Assembly (NCBI RefSeq): GCF_009914755.1
Contig: NC_060939.1
DNA from: the human T2T-CHM13v2.0 reference genome, Homo sapiens
Strand: one strand, 5' to 3'
DNA length: 64,000 nucleotides
Each line of letters begins with the position of its first letter. Positions within the stretch are counted from its first letter, which is position 1. This document shows, piece after piece, positions 12,621 through 28,569 of this stretch. The position numbers and the translations under genes are program-made. The notes under the pieces were generated by a model. The model saw only the letters and a list, made by a program, of their open reading frames with translations. It was not told where the DNA came from and did not search any database.

Positions 12621-15247
12621 CAGGAGAAGAAAGGCTCACAGCTTGCTAGGAGAGGTTCCTGAAATGGATGGAATTGCAGAATAGAATAGTGGCTGGACAG
12701 GAAATGATCTCTGCCTCTCAGCCACACAAGTTTTAGTTGGCACCCCAAATAGTGATGAAACCTTCTGTTCATGAAAAACAAACCTCCCAATACTGAGCCT
12801 CACCCCACCCTACTTAGCCCTTTATAATTTGTTCTGGGGCTATTGAATATGGACCATGGTACTCTATTTTTCTGTGCTGGTGATTGAGTGATTTGCTTCT
12901 CATTACTGTGCATTAGCAGGAATTGATGGGAGACACTTCACTTTGTTTATAAAGACAGCTTCTGTGAATTGCCAGCGTGGTACTTTCAGCTCATGTAATA
13001 TAAATACAAAATATGTATTTCTGTAAATCACACTGATTTAGAAAGTTCTTCCATGGTTCTCCAGTATAACAAATTACTCCTTGGGTGAATGTTAAACTCT
13101 TTTAGGAACTTCTTTTGGTCACTGGATCAATAATTTACTGTTTGAAAAAATAATTCCTTGATGTATATTATGTCAAGTTGGTGAGTTATACAGATAGGAA
13201 AATTGGGAGAGGAGTATTGTTCATTCCTCCTTAAGAATCTAGAATGTAGTATTATGAGGATAAAATAATGGTGTTAAAAATGCAGATTTTCTTAAAAGTC
13301 AGGAAATCTCTTTTTATTTAGATCAGAGTAGGCACAGCCCTTTTCATGATCTCTGGGTTTTCTCATTGCTCTCTGACTCCAACCATGACTCCTCCATTCA
13401 GACCATTCTCAGACTCTGCTTCTGTTTGTTTCCTCCAACAAATTTTTGCCCAATTTGCCTAATGGATTCTTCTTTTGAAACAACATAGTGAGGTGCTTGA
13501 CCTTGCACTAAGGAGTTACTGCACAAGGTCAAGCATGCAAAACACAGGAGTGAGTATCAGCATTAGAAATATGCATAGCTTGCTATAAGAATTTGGCCTT
13601 GGAATTACTAGATTGCTATCTCATAACTCATCATATGTGCTTATTGATATTAAGTTATGGGGATTTTTAAAATGAGGATGTCAATATTTTGGATTCAGTA
13701 TACTTCATCAGAGTTAAGTACTGAATTTGGGGGCAAATTGGGCTTAGAGGTCTGGGACAATATGCCGTACGTAAGACTGCTTCTTCACACTTATCCCATG
13801 CACCTTAGAACTTCTTGGTAGAAAAGCCACATAGTATATGGTAATTTAGGACAGTGATTTTATTGGGTTAAATCATAACTAAATTATTCAGTTATTTAAG
13901 GCTGCATAATCATTGAGCTATATCCTTTGGTAATGTTCCTTTAGACTCTCTGGGAGTAACCAAATTTAGAATAATATGCTATCATAACACTTTTAAGAAA
14001 CATGTTGTATGCCATCCTTGATGATTGGTTAGAAATGCCTTAGAGAATACTGTTTGTGTACATTTCATTAATTATTTTACTTCAAACATGATGAAAGTGT
14101 CTTTAAATTTCAGATGATATATAAAACAAAACCAGATACAGTATGGAATTCAGAGCTGTGAAGGAGTTATGAAGTGTATCTGAAGTTTATAATTTAAATT
14201 ATCAAGTATTTGTAAAAAATTATCAAGTATTTGTAAAGCTACTGCATTTAAAATATGTTAAATGTTTTTGTAGAACCCTTCAGGCATTTGGTATCAGAGA
14301 AAGCTAGGTTTAAAATAGCCAAATGTCGAAAATGGAAGTACTAGTTATTCCAAAGCTACCACTCAAAGTCTCACTGCATAATTTTGCGAGAGTTGTATGT
14401 TCCCTAGCGGATCCAAGTCAGCCATGTAATCTCACCTCCAAATTTATTTCTCACAGTCCTGTTGGCCATGGGGGCTTTAGGTAATCACCTATTTGTTTAT
14501 AGTATCATGCTAGACATACAGCCATAGCATTTCTATAAGGACTATCGGTATTTTTTCTGAGTTTTGGGTTTGCCAAGCAAATAAATATGGATACTTTTCC
14601 TCTTCCCACAAGCTGTGTCTGCAATTCAGATAAATTATCAACAGGTGCATAGTGATAGCTTTACAACACTTCATGGTCCAAATGAATGGATATGGTTATA
14701 ACCATAGTTAACTGAGACTAGTGTTAGAATCCACACTTCCTCATACTTTCAAATTTTATAAATACAACAAAAAATTACATGTTAAAATGACAAATTATAT
14801 CCTTGAACCATTTATAATGAATAGTGATACTGTTCTGGGGGAAAGACTAGAACAAAATAAAGACACCCAAATATTAATTGTTAATCTTATTAATTGTATA
14901 TGTTGATAATCACTGCTTAAAATAATTTTGATTTTACCTGATACTGGGTGAAATTAAGCCTCAAAATTTTCTTAGAGTATAATGCCATGCCATTTTGCGA
15001 AGATGTAGCTCTGATACTTCAGGGCTTCTGCATGGTTTTCTTACTCTTCTAATCATCTCACTATGTAAGTTGTTTCATTCTTTATATCCTTTTGCTTCTC
15101 CAGGGAAACTATGATGCAGATTTCCCAACTTGCATCCTCTAATTGTGGTAAAGTATAAAGTGAGAGGAAATGCTAAAACGTTCTGTTTTCCAAACAGGTT
15201 ATATTCAGTTTGATGCCATTAATCCTGTCTCAGGTCACCCCTCAAAG

Positions 15248-15462
15248 CCCTGGGCTCAAGCAAGCCTCCTGCTTCAACTTTCCAAGGAGCTGGGACTACA
15301 GATGTGTGCTACCTCACCTGGATAGTTTTTATTTTTTATTTTTGCAGAGACGAGGTCTCATTGTATTGCCCAGGCTGGTCTTGAACTCCTGACCTCAAGC
15401 GATCCTCCTGTCTCAGCCTTCCAAAGAACTGAGATTACAGGAATGAGCTACCATGCCAGGCC
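15248..15462 (-). mobile_element. Partial AluJ lacking its 3' end and tail
   Basis: cctgggctcaagcaagcctcctg...gagacgaggtctcattgtattgcccaggctggtcttgaactcctgacctcaagcgatcctcctg...ccatgccaggcc. Confidence 0.85.
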
Positions 15463-15722
15463 TTCAGATTTCCATTATTCTTTTGTTAAAATTTTTTTTC
15501 CACAAATGTCTCAGAAGATATGGTGACTAAAGATACCTTCATTATCCAAAAGGAAATCAGTCAAACAAATAAAAATCATAGTTGAATCAGGACCCTATTC
15601 TTAAGAGCCAATCTTATTGTGATTGAGATAAAATGTACAAGTTCAGATATTTATTATTAGTTCTACTATTAATTTCTAGCCAAAGAAAGTGAATTTATTT
15701 CTCTTCTTCATAGTACATTCAT

Positions 15723-17387
15723 TTGTTATTTATTTATTTTTTTTCTTTTTCAACTTTTATTTTGGATTCAGGGGGTACATATGCAGGTTTGGTACATGAG
15801 TATATTGCATGATACTGAGGTTGGGGTATGAATGATCCTGTCACCCAGGTACTGATCATAGTACCCAACAGTGAGTTTTTTAACCCTTGCTTACCTCCCT
15901 CCCTCCCCCTTCTACGAGTCCCCGTATCTATCATTGCCATATTTATGTCCATGAATACTTATGTCTAGATCCCATTGTAAGTGAGAATGTATGGTACTTG
16001 GTTTTCTGTTCCTGCATTAATTTGCTTAGGATAATGGCCTCCAGCTGCATCCATGTTGCTCCAAAGGACAAAAATTCATTCTTTTTCTAGGCCTGCATAG
16101 TATGCTATGGTGTATATATACTATATTTTCTTTATCCAATTCACTGTTGATGGGCACCTAGGTTGATTCCATGACTTTGCTATTGTGAATAGTGCTGCAA
16201 TGAGCATTTGCACGCATGTATCTTTATGGTAGAATGATTTCTATTCCTCTAAGTATATACCGAGTAATGGGATTGCTGGGTCCAATGGTAGTTCTGTTTT
16301 AAGTAGTTGGAGAAATCTTCACACTGCTTTCCATAGTAGTGGAACTAATTTACATTCCCACCAAAAATGTATGTGTTCCCTTTTCTCTACAGCCTCACCA
16401 ACATCTGTTGGTATTTGACTTTTTTAAAATGGTCATTCTGACTATTGTGAGACGGTATCTTGTGGTTTTTGTTTGCATTTCTCTGACGATGATAAGCATA
16501 TTTTTCATATGTTTGTTGGCCACTGGTATGTCTCCTTTTGAGAAGTTTCTGTTCATGTCTTCTGCCCATTTTTTTAATGCGGTTGTTTTTTGCTTGTTTT
16601 CTTGAAGTTCCTAATAGATTCTGGGTGTTAGATCTTTGTTGGATGCACTATTGACAAATATTTTCTCCCATTCTGAAGGTTGTCTGTTTACTCTGTTGAT
16701 AATTTCTTTTGCTGTGCAGAAGCTCTTTAATTAAGTCCCACTTGTCCATTTTTGTTTTTGCTGCAATTCCTTTTGAAAAGTTAATCATAAATTCTTTCCC
16801 AAGACTGCTGTCCAGACTGGTGTTTCCTAGGTTTTCTTCTTGGATTCTTATAGTTTGAGGTCTTATATTTAAATATTTAACTTGTTTCAAGTTGATTTTT
16901 ATATATGGTGAAAGGAAGGGGTTCAGTTTTAATCATCTGTATATGGCTAGCCAGCTGTCCCAGCACCATTTATTGAATAGGAAGTCCTTTCCTCATTGCT
17001 TATTTGTGCTAACTTTGTCAAAGATTAGATGGCTGTAGGTGTGGCTTTATTTCTGGGTTCTCTGTCCTGTTTTATTGGTTTATATGTCTGTTTTGTATGT
17101 CCATTTTTATTTCTGTTATGTAGCCTATTAGTATAGTTTGAAATCAGGTAGTATAATGTGTCTGCCTTTGTTCTTTTTACTTAGAATTGCTATGGCTATT
17201 CAGGCTTTTTGGTTTCATCTGAGTTTTAGAATAGTTTTTTACAATTCTGTGAAAAAAATGACTTTGGTAGTTTGGTAGGAATAACATTGAATTTTTAGAT
17301 TGCTTTGGGCAGCATGACCATTTTAATGATATTGATTCTTCCAATCCATGAGCAGGGAATGTTTTTCCATTTGTTTGTATGATCTTT
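15723..17387 (-). mobile_element. 5'-truncated LINE-1 (late L1PA/L1PB grade)
   Basis: T-rich tail at 15723-15750, then antisense 3'UTR and ORF2 end ([11 protein letters not shown] in ORF 16648-16890). Decayed 16-bp TSD ttcatagtacattcat (15707-15722) / ttcacagtacatttat (17388-17403). Confidence 0.92.
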
Positions 17388-17649
17388 TTCACAGTACATT
17401 TATGATCAGTAAATGAAATTTGTTTTTCCATCATATTTCTTACTTCAGGGCCTATTTCAAATCCTACCTATGTCCTGAATACTTCTCTGATAAGTCTAGC
17501 ATAGCAAATTCCCTGTTCTGAAGTTGTACAATTATTTTCCAACATGGATTTGAGATCCTGACTACTAGCAATACTCTGCTTTCTCTGTGAATCCTTGAAT
17601 ATGCATATGGAAGTTGAGAGCTGAAAGATGATTTTTATGTTGAAAGGAT

Positions 17650-20600
17650 ACCTGGGTGGGGCCTCCCAGGCTGAGATCCCAGCCATCCTCACCCTGGGCT
17701 CTTGTAGGGTAGCAGCTCTGCACTTCCCTGGGATGACGCTTTCAGAGTGAGCAGGCAGGTCACTATTTTACTGCAGCCCTCACTCCTGTTGCCCTTAAGC
17801 TTGGAAGAGAGTTCGGTGATTAGGAACTAATGTGGACCTCTAGCACATCACAGCTACCTTATGGAAAAGCAGCCAGACTATTTTCCACATGGATCTCCAA
17901 TCCTGCTACTCCTCCCTGGACAGTGCCTCTCGACTTGGGTTTCCAGCACGGCTACCCTGCCTCCTCCTGAACACTTCAGTTGGTGGTGGCTCTGTCTTTA
18001 TCCCAGAGACAACCCACAGCCCCTCTGCCATTGCAGCTGCAGTGGTACCATCGTTGCTGCCCTTGGGCTGGGGGAGGAATAAAGGCCCTGGTTGCTATGG
18101 TGGCACCTCCAGCACACCACAGCCACCATATGGAGAGGAGCCCAGGCTCTCTTCCCAATGAGCCCCTATTCCCAACTCTACACTAGACGGGACCCCTGGC
18201 TCAGAACACAGAACAGCTGCCCTACCCTCAGATGAGGATTCCCACTGGTAGTGCCTCTGTCTTTGTCTGGGGTGGTACTCCCAGAGGCAACCAACAGCCC
18301 CTCTGCTATTGCTATGGCAGCAGATCTTCCTCTGCTGCACTTGGACTAGGGAAAGAGACTGAGGGCTTTACTCGTGCTTCCAGTATAGTCACCATAAGGA
18401 AAGGAGTCCAGTCTCTTCTCCCATAAGCCCGCGACTACCTGCTTTTCACCAAGTGGGGTCCCTGGCTCTGGCCAGCAACACAGCTGCCCCACCTCCTGGC
18501 TGAATATTGTCAGTAGCAGTGGCTGTATGTTTCTCTGAGGTGGAGCTCCCAGAGTCAACTGAAAGTCCCTCTGTACTGGTATTGCCCTGGTTGCCCTCAG
18601 ACTGGGGAAGGAACAAAGACCCTGAGTGCTTTATCCATACCTCTAGCAAGCTGCAGCTGGCCTAAGAAGAAGAGGCCAGTCTGTCTCCCCGATGAGTCCC
18701 CCATTACCCCTGCTTATTAGTAGGCAGGTCCTCCCCGCTGACCATCTTGGGTCCACAACACAGCTGCCCTACCTGTGTGTTGATTGCACTGATTGGTAGC
18801 AGCTGTGAATTTCTCTGGGCTGGAATCCCAAGAGACAAATGAAAGACCCTCTGCCACAGCCACTAGCAAACTATCTTCCCCTGCTGCCTCCAAGTTGGAG
18901 AGGAAACATAAAGCCTAAGCATACCCCAGGACAGTGGCATGCAGCACAAAAGTGCCAAGCCAAGATCTGCAGGCAGCACTTGATTGAGAAAGAAGTCCCC
19001 ACTTTCAGAACATTGAGACGGAGCATGGCTGCAGCCCTGAGGAAATACAGAGGAGCCATATGGCTAAGCAAAAACCTACCTACTGGTAATTACACTTAAG
19101 TGCCATCTACTATTCACAGCCTAAATGTCAGCACTAAAAATACTTTGCTAATATAGTGCCCTTTGAAACAAAGGACAAGAATTCAGCTACAAAGACCCTG
19201 CACAAAGCCTTGCGCTTCTGAAAACCTACAGAATAGAAGTCAACTGACCATACTCAAATTTCACCACAGTTAAAGGAACATTACGCACACAAATGAGAAA
19301 GGACTAGCTCAAAAACTCTGGCAACTCAAACAGCCAGAATGTCAGAATGTCTTTTTTCCTCCTAATGACTATTAGTTTCCCAGCAAGGGTTCTTAACCAG
19401 GCTGATATGGCTGAAATGACAGAAATAGAATTCAGAATATGGCTAGGAACAAAGATCCTCGAGATTCAGAACACAGTCAAAACCTAATCCAATGAATCTA
19501 AGAATTACAATAAAATGATGCAGAATCTGCGAGATGAAATGAGCATTATAAGAAATAACCAAACTGAACTGATAGAGAATTTTATAATATAACTGGAAGT
19601 ATTAATAGCAGGATAGATGAAGTTGAGGAAAGATTCTCAGCGCTCAAAGACTGGATCTCTGATCTAAGTCAGACAAAAATAAAAAAGGAATTTAAAATAA
19701 AAATAATGAACAAAACTTTTGAAAAGTATGAGATTATATAAAGAGACCAAATCTACAACTCAGTAATATCACTGAAAGAAGATGAAACAAAGTTGGAAAA
19801 CATATTTGAGGATATTATTTGTGAAAATTTCCCCAACCTCACTAGAGAGGCCAACATTCAAATTCATGAAATACAGAGAACCTCTATGAGATACTGTGTT
19901 AAGATCATCCCTAAGACATGTAGTCATCAGATTTCTCCAAGGTTGAAATGAAAGAATAAATGTTAAATACAGCTACACAGGAGGAGCAAGTCACCTACAA
20001 AGGGAACCACATCAGGCTACAGAAGATCTTTCAGCAGAAACCCCACAAGCCAGAAGAGATTGGGCCTATATTCAGCATTGTTAAAAAAAAAAAAAAAAAA
20101 GAAATTCCAACCAAGAATTTCATATTCAGCTAAACTAAGTTTCTTAAGTGAAGGAGAAATAAGATTCTCTTCAGGCAAGCAAATGCTAAGGGAATTTGTT
20201 ACCACCAGATCTGACTTACAAGAGATCTTGAATGGAGTGCTAAATATGGAAAGGAAAGACTGATACTAGTCATTACCAAAACACACCTAAGTACATAGAC
20301 CATTGACACTAAGACATTGACCATTAACAACACGATGACAGGATCAAATCCACACATATGAATATTAACCTTGTAAGTAAATTAGTTAAATACCCAATTA
20401 AAAGACACAGAGTGGCAAGTTGGATAAATAAGTGAGAACCAATGGTGTGCTGCCTTCAAGAGAACCATCTCACATGCATTGACACGAATAGGGAATAGGT
20501 TCAAAGTAAAGAGATAGCAAATAATCTGCCAAGCAAATGAAAAACAAAAAAAATACAAGGGTTGCTATTCTAATTTCAAACAAAACAGACTTTAAACCAA

Positions 20601-23600
20601 CACAGACCAAAAAGACAAGGAAAGGGCATTTCACAGTGGTAAATGGTTCAATTCAACAAGAAGACCTAACTGTTCTAAATTTATATACACCCAAAACAGG
20701 AGCACCAAAATTCATGAAGCAAGTTCTTAGAGATCTATAAAGAGACTTAGATAACCACACAATAATAGTGGGAGACTTCAACACCCCACTGAAAGTACTA
20801 GATAGATCATCAAAGGAGAAAACCAACAAAGATACTCAGGACCTTAACTTGACACTTGAACAACTGAACCTAAAAGACATCTACAGAACTCTTCACCGCA
20901 AACAACAGAATATACATTCTTCTCATCTGAACATGGCACATACTCTAAAATCGACCACACAAGTGGTCATAACACAATCTGCATCAAATTCAAAGAAAAT
21001 CGAAATCATACCAACCACCACTCTGAGACTACAATGCAATAAAAATAGAAATCAATACTGAGAAAATTGCTCAAAACCATAGAATTACATGGAAATTAAA
21101 CAACCTGCTCCTGTGTAACTTTTGGGTAAACAATGAAATTAAGGCATAAATCACGAAATTTTTGGAAACAAATGAGAACAAAGATGCAACATATCAGAAT
21201 CTCTGGCACACAGCTAAAATGGTGTTAAAAGGGAAGTTTATAGTACTAAATGTCCCCATCAAAAAGTTAGAAAGATCTCAAATTAACAACATCATACCTA
21301 GAGGAACTAGAGAAACAAGACAAAACCAATCCCAAAGCTAGCAATGGAAAAAAAATAACCAAAATCAGAGCTGAACTGATAGGAATTGAGATGCAAAAAA
21401 AACAAAAGATCAGTGATTCCAGGAGCTGTTTTTTTAAAGAACAAATAAGATAGACCACTAGCTAGATTAATAAAGAATAAAAGATGATCTGAATAAACAC
21501 AATCAGAAATGGCAAAGAGGACATTACCACTGATGTTACAGAAATACAAAACATCCTGAGAGACTACTACAAACACCTCTCTGCACACAAGCTAGAAAAC
21601 CTTAGAAGAAAGGGATACATTCCTAGAAACCTACAATGTCCCAAGAGTGAACCAGGAAGAAACTGAATCCCTGAACAGACCAATAATGAGTCCTGAAGTT
21701 GAAACAGTAATAAAAAGCCTACCAGCCAGAAAAAGCCCAGGACCAGATGTAATCACAGCCAAATTCTACCAGATAGATAAAGAGGAGTTGGCACCATTTC
21801 TACTGAAAGTATTCCAAAAAATTGAAGAGGAAGTCCTTCCTAATTCATTCTATGAGGCCAGCGTAATTCTGACACCAAAACCTGGCAGAGACACAACGAA
21901 GGAAAGAAAACTTCGGGCCAATATTGTTGATAAGCGTTGATGCAAAATACTGGCAAACTCAAGCCAGGAGCACTTCAACAAGCTAACCCACTATGATCAC
22001 ATAGGCATTACCCTGGGATGCAAGGTTGGTTCAATAAACACAAATCAATAAATGTGATTCATCACAAAACAGAACTAAAACAAAAATCACTTGATCATCT
22101 GAATAGATGCAGAAAGGCTTTCCATAAAATTCGACATCCTTTCATGTTAAAAACCCTTATCAAATTGGCATTGAAGGAACATACTTCAAAATAAGAAGAG
22201 CCATCTATGAAAAACCCACAGCCAATATCATACCGAATAGGCAAAAGCTGGAAACATTCCCCTCAAAAACTGGAACAACACAAGGTTGCCCTCTCTCACC
22301 ATTATTATTCAACACAGTCCTGGAAGTCCTAACCGGAGCTATCAAGTAGGAGAAAGATAAAAGGCATCCAAATAGGAAGAGAGGAAGTTAAACTATGCCT
22401 GTTAACAGATGATATGATTCTATACCTAGAAAACCTGATAGTCTCTGCCCAAAGCTCCTAGATCTGATAAACAACTACAGCAACAGTTCAGGATACAAAA
22501 TCCATCTATAAAGATTAGTAGCATTCCTGTACACCAACAACATCCACACTGAGTGAAATCAAGAACACATTCTCATTCACAATAGACACAAAAATAATAA
22601 AATACTTAGGAATATAGCTATCCAGAAAGGTGAAAGATCTCTGCAATGAGAATTACACACACTATTCAAAGAAATCAGAGAGGAAACAAACAAATGGAAA
22701 AACAAGCAATGGGGAAAGGACACTCTATCAATAAACGGTGGTAGGATAACCGGTTAGTCATATGTAGAAATAGAAATTGGACCCCTTACACCACGTTAAA
22801 AACTCAATTTGAGATGGATTAAAGCCTAAATATAAAACCTAAAACTATGAAAACACCTAGAAGATAGCCTAGGAAATACTATTCTGGACTTAAATTAACA
22901 AGTGAAAACAACCCCATTAAAAAAGTGGGTAAAGAACATAAACAGAAACTTTACAAAATAAAAAAGACATACAGGTAGTCAACAAGCATTTGAAAAAATG
23001 TCAACATCACTAATCGTTAGAAATATAGACTAAAACCACAATGAGATACTGTCTCACACCAGTCAGAATGGCTATTACAAAAAAGTCAAAAAATAATAGT
23101 TGCTGGTGAGGTTCAGAGAAAGGAAATACTTACAAACTGCTGATAGGAATGTAACTTAGTTCAACCATTGTCACAAGCAGCGTCATGATTTCTCAACTTA
23201 AAAGCAGAGTTACCATTCCAACCAGCAATCCCTTATAGGGTATATATCCAAAGAAATATAAACCATTCTACCATAAAGATACATGCGTGAGTATGTTCAT
23301 CGCAGCACTATTCACAATAGCAAAGACATGGAATCAGTCTACATATTCATCAACGGTAGACTGGATAAAAAAATGTGGTATATATACACCATGGAATACC
23401 ATGTGGGCATAAGAAAGTACAATATCATTTTCTTTGCTGCAACATGGATGCAGCTAGAGGCTAGTACCCCAAGTGAATTAACATAGGAACAGAAAACCAA
23501 ATACCACATGTTCTAATTTATTAGTGGGAGCTAAACATTGAGAACACATTCACACAAAGACAGAAATAGACACCGGGACCTACTTGAGGGTGGAGAGTGG

Positions 23601-23745
23601 GAGGAGGGAAAGGATTGAAAAACTACCTAGCAGGTACTATGCTTATTACCTGGGTGATAAAATAATCTGTACACCAAACCCTTGTGACATGCAATTTACC
23701 TATTTAACAAACCTGCACATGTACCCCTGAACCTAAAAGTTAAAG
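17650..23745 (+). mobile_element. Near-full-length LINE-1 (L1PB grade): tandem-repeat 5'UTR, disabled ORF1 (~19293-20263) and ORF2 (~20334-23530) with internal deletions
   Basis: ORF1 peptide FQPRISYSAKLSFLSEGEIR. ORF2 endonuclease peptides VAILISNKTDFKPT and GDFNTPL, plus KSPGPD further on. 3'UTR ends acctgcacatgtacccctgaacctaaaagtt. Many stops and frameshifts. Confidence 0.93.
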
Positions 23746-23976
23746 AATATGATGAAGTTTTTTTATTAGAATGCCAACTACATTATAAAATTACACCTTA
23801 TATTAACCAAATTACACCTTATATTGACTTCCATGTGAAATAACGCACTATTTCTTTTACATTCTTTGTTATAGGCCAATAGATAAAATGAAGGCACATC
23901 ATCCACCAATGTTAGATCAAACTTTGTGAAACAGTGATCTTGGGAATCTATGAGACACCAAAGAACCAAGTCCACT

Positions 23977-24156
23977 GAGAGAGAGAGAGATATATATATG
24001 TATGTATGTGTGTGTGTATATACCAACATGTACATGTATATATACAGGTATGTGTCTATATACACATATACACACATATATGTATATATACACACACATA
24101 TCTCATATGTGTATAGACACATACCTGTATATATATATACATGTACATGTTGGTAC

Positions 24157-24194
<38 letters not shown>

Positions 24195-24605
24195 GTCTAC
24201 ATATACAGGTATGTGTCTATATACATGTATACATATATGTATATATGCATATATATGCATGTGTTTATATATGTATATATGTACATATATACTTGTATAT
24301 ATATACTTGTATATATGTACATGTATATACTTGTATATATGTACATGAATGTATATGTATACATGCATATGTACATATGTGTGTATGTATGTGTTGGTAA
24401 GTTGAAATTGACATATATATGATATATATGTATATCATATCTGGGTTTTGAGTGGAGATCAACAAAATAGTATCTATCACACAAATTTGATTTGAATTTT
24501 ACTCGCTCACTGTTTATTATATCTATGTGTGTGGGTGTGTGTTGGTAAGTTGAAATTGGCATGCTCAGGATATAGATATGTCTGTGTATGTATATATGTA
24601 TGTTA
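23977..24605. repeat. Compound (GA)/(TA)/(TG)/(CA) low-complexity tract with internal inverted and direct repeats
   Basis: Read directly. It accounts for all the Y/I/H/C/V-rich ORFs at 23778-24562. Confidence 0.95.
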
Positions 24606-25379
24606 TTCTTTTAGATTACACAGTTTATATCAAAATCAAGCATCAGTTAAATTATAACCCCCAATTACTGTGTAAGAAAGCCTGCCAAATCTACTCTGAC
24701 ATTATACTTATATATGGCCTTCAAGGAGTAGGGCCAGTGCTGATCCTCAAGGGTGCTAGCAAATTCTTCATAGTAGTCTAAAGTCTAGTAGTATGGAAGG
24801 ATATGATAGACACAAAGACATATTTCATGCTGTTCTTTTAAATAAAATACCATTTGATCTCGGAGCAGAAATATAAGTTTTCTTAAGTTTTCATATTTCC
24901 CAATTAACAGGGTTACAAGGGGAAGTAGAAGAAATATTAAACAAAATTTTCCAAAGTGGCATTAATTATTAAAGTAAATGACACAAATGACTACATAAAT
25001 AAGTAAAATACATAGGAATATCTCATCCTTCTTCCATTTCCAATTCTACCATAAGGATTAAAGTCCAGGCCTGCATTGCCAAGTTACAAATATCACATAA
25101 AATTAACCACAGTATTATTAAATTTATAACAATATGTATCAGTAGTTTTATAACATATACATGTATAGGGGATATAATTTATTATACATCATGTTATATA
25201 ATGCATTATTACTGTGTGAGCCACTAGGCTTAGCATCCAAGACCACTTGATATATTGTATGTGCTCAATTCTCTATTTGTTAATTATAAAGAATTCAAAT
25301 ATCAACTCTTTGATGTATAAGTGTAATTAAACACACATATTTTGGAGCTGTTCTGCTTCCATTACAGTTTTAGCTCTAT

Positions 25380-25535
25380 TAATACTAATTGCATGCCTTT
25401 GCATCTCAATTGCCTGATCTATAAAATGATGAAAATAATAACTATCTCATTAGTTTGTTGTGAAGATTCAACAAGATAACACCCAACCAATGACTTGCAC
25501 GTATCAGGCACTCAAGAGTATGAGTGAAATGTAAT
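25380..25535 (+). mobile_element. MIR fragment
   Basis: catctcaattgcctgatctataaaatgatgaaaataataactatctcattagtttgttgtgaagattca...gcacgtatcaggcactcaa. Confidence 0.7.
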
Positions 25536-25568
25536 AAGAATCATCATTATTTTGTTGTAATTATTTTT

Positions 25569-28569
<3,001 letters not shown>

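Noticed and set aside
4597-15147. Isolated + strand splice-like signals: acceptors at ~4597, ~8487 and 15104; donors at ~8934, 10623 and 15148
   Set aside because: They do not assemble into a consistent frame or a recognisable protein, and such signals are common by chance. Transcript data would be needed.
20083-20100. A18 tract as a retrotransposon tail
   Set aside because: L1 ORF1 is collinear on both sides, so this is an expanded internal A-rich stretch.
23778-24562. Several 90-196-aa ORFs on both strands
   Set aside because: These are translations of TA/TG/CA low-complexity sequence that happens to lack stop codons.
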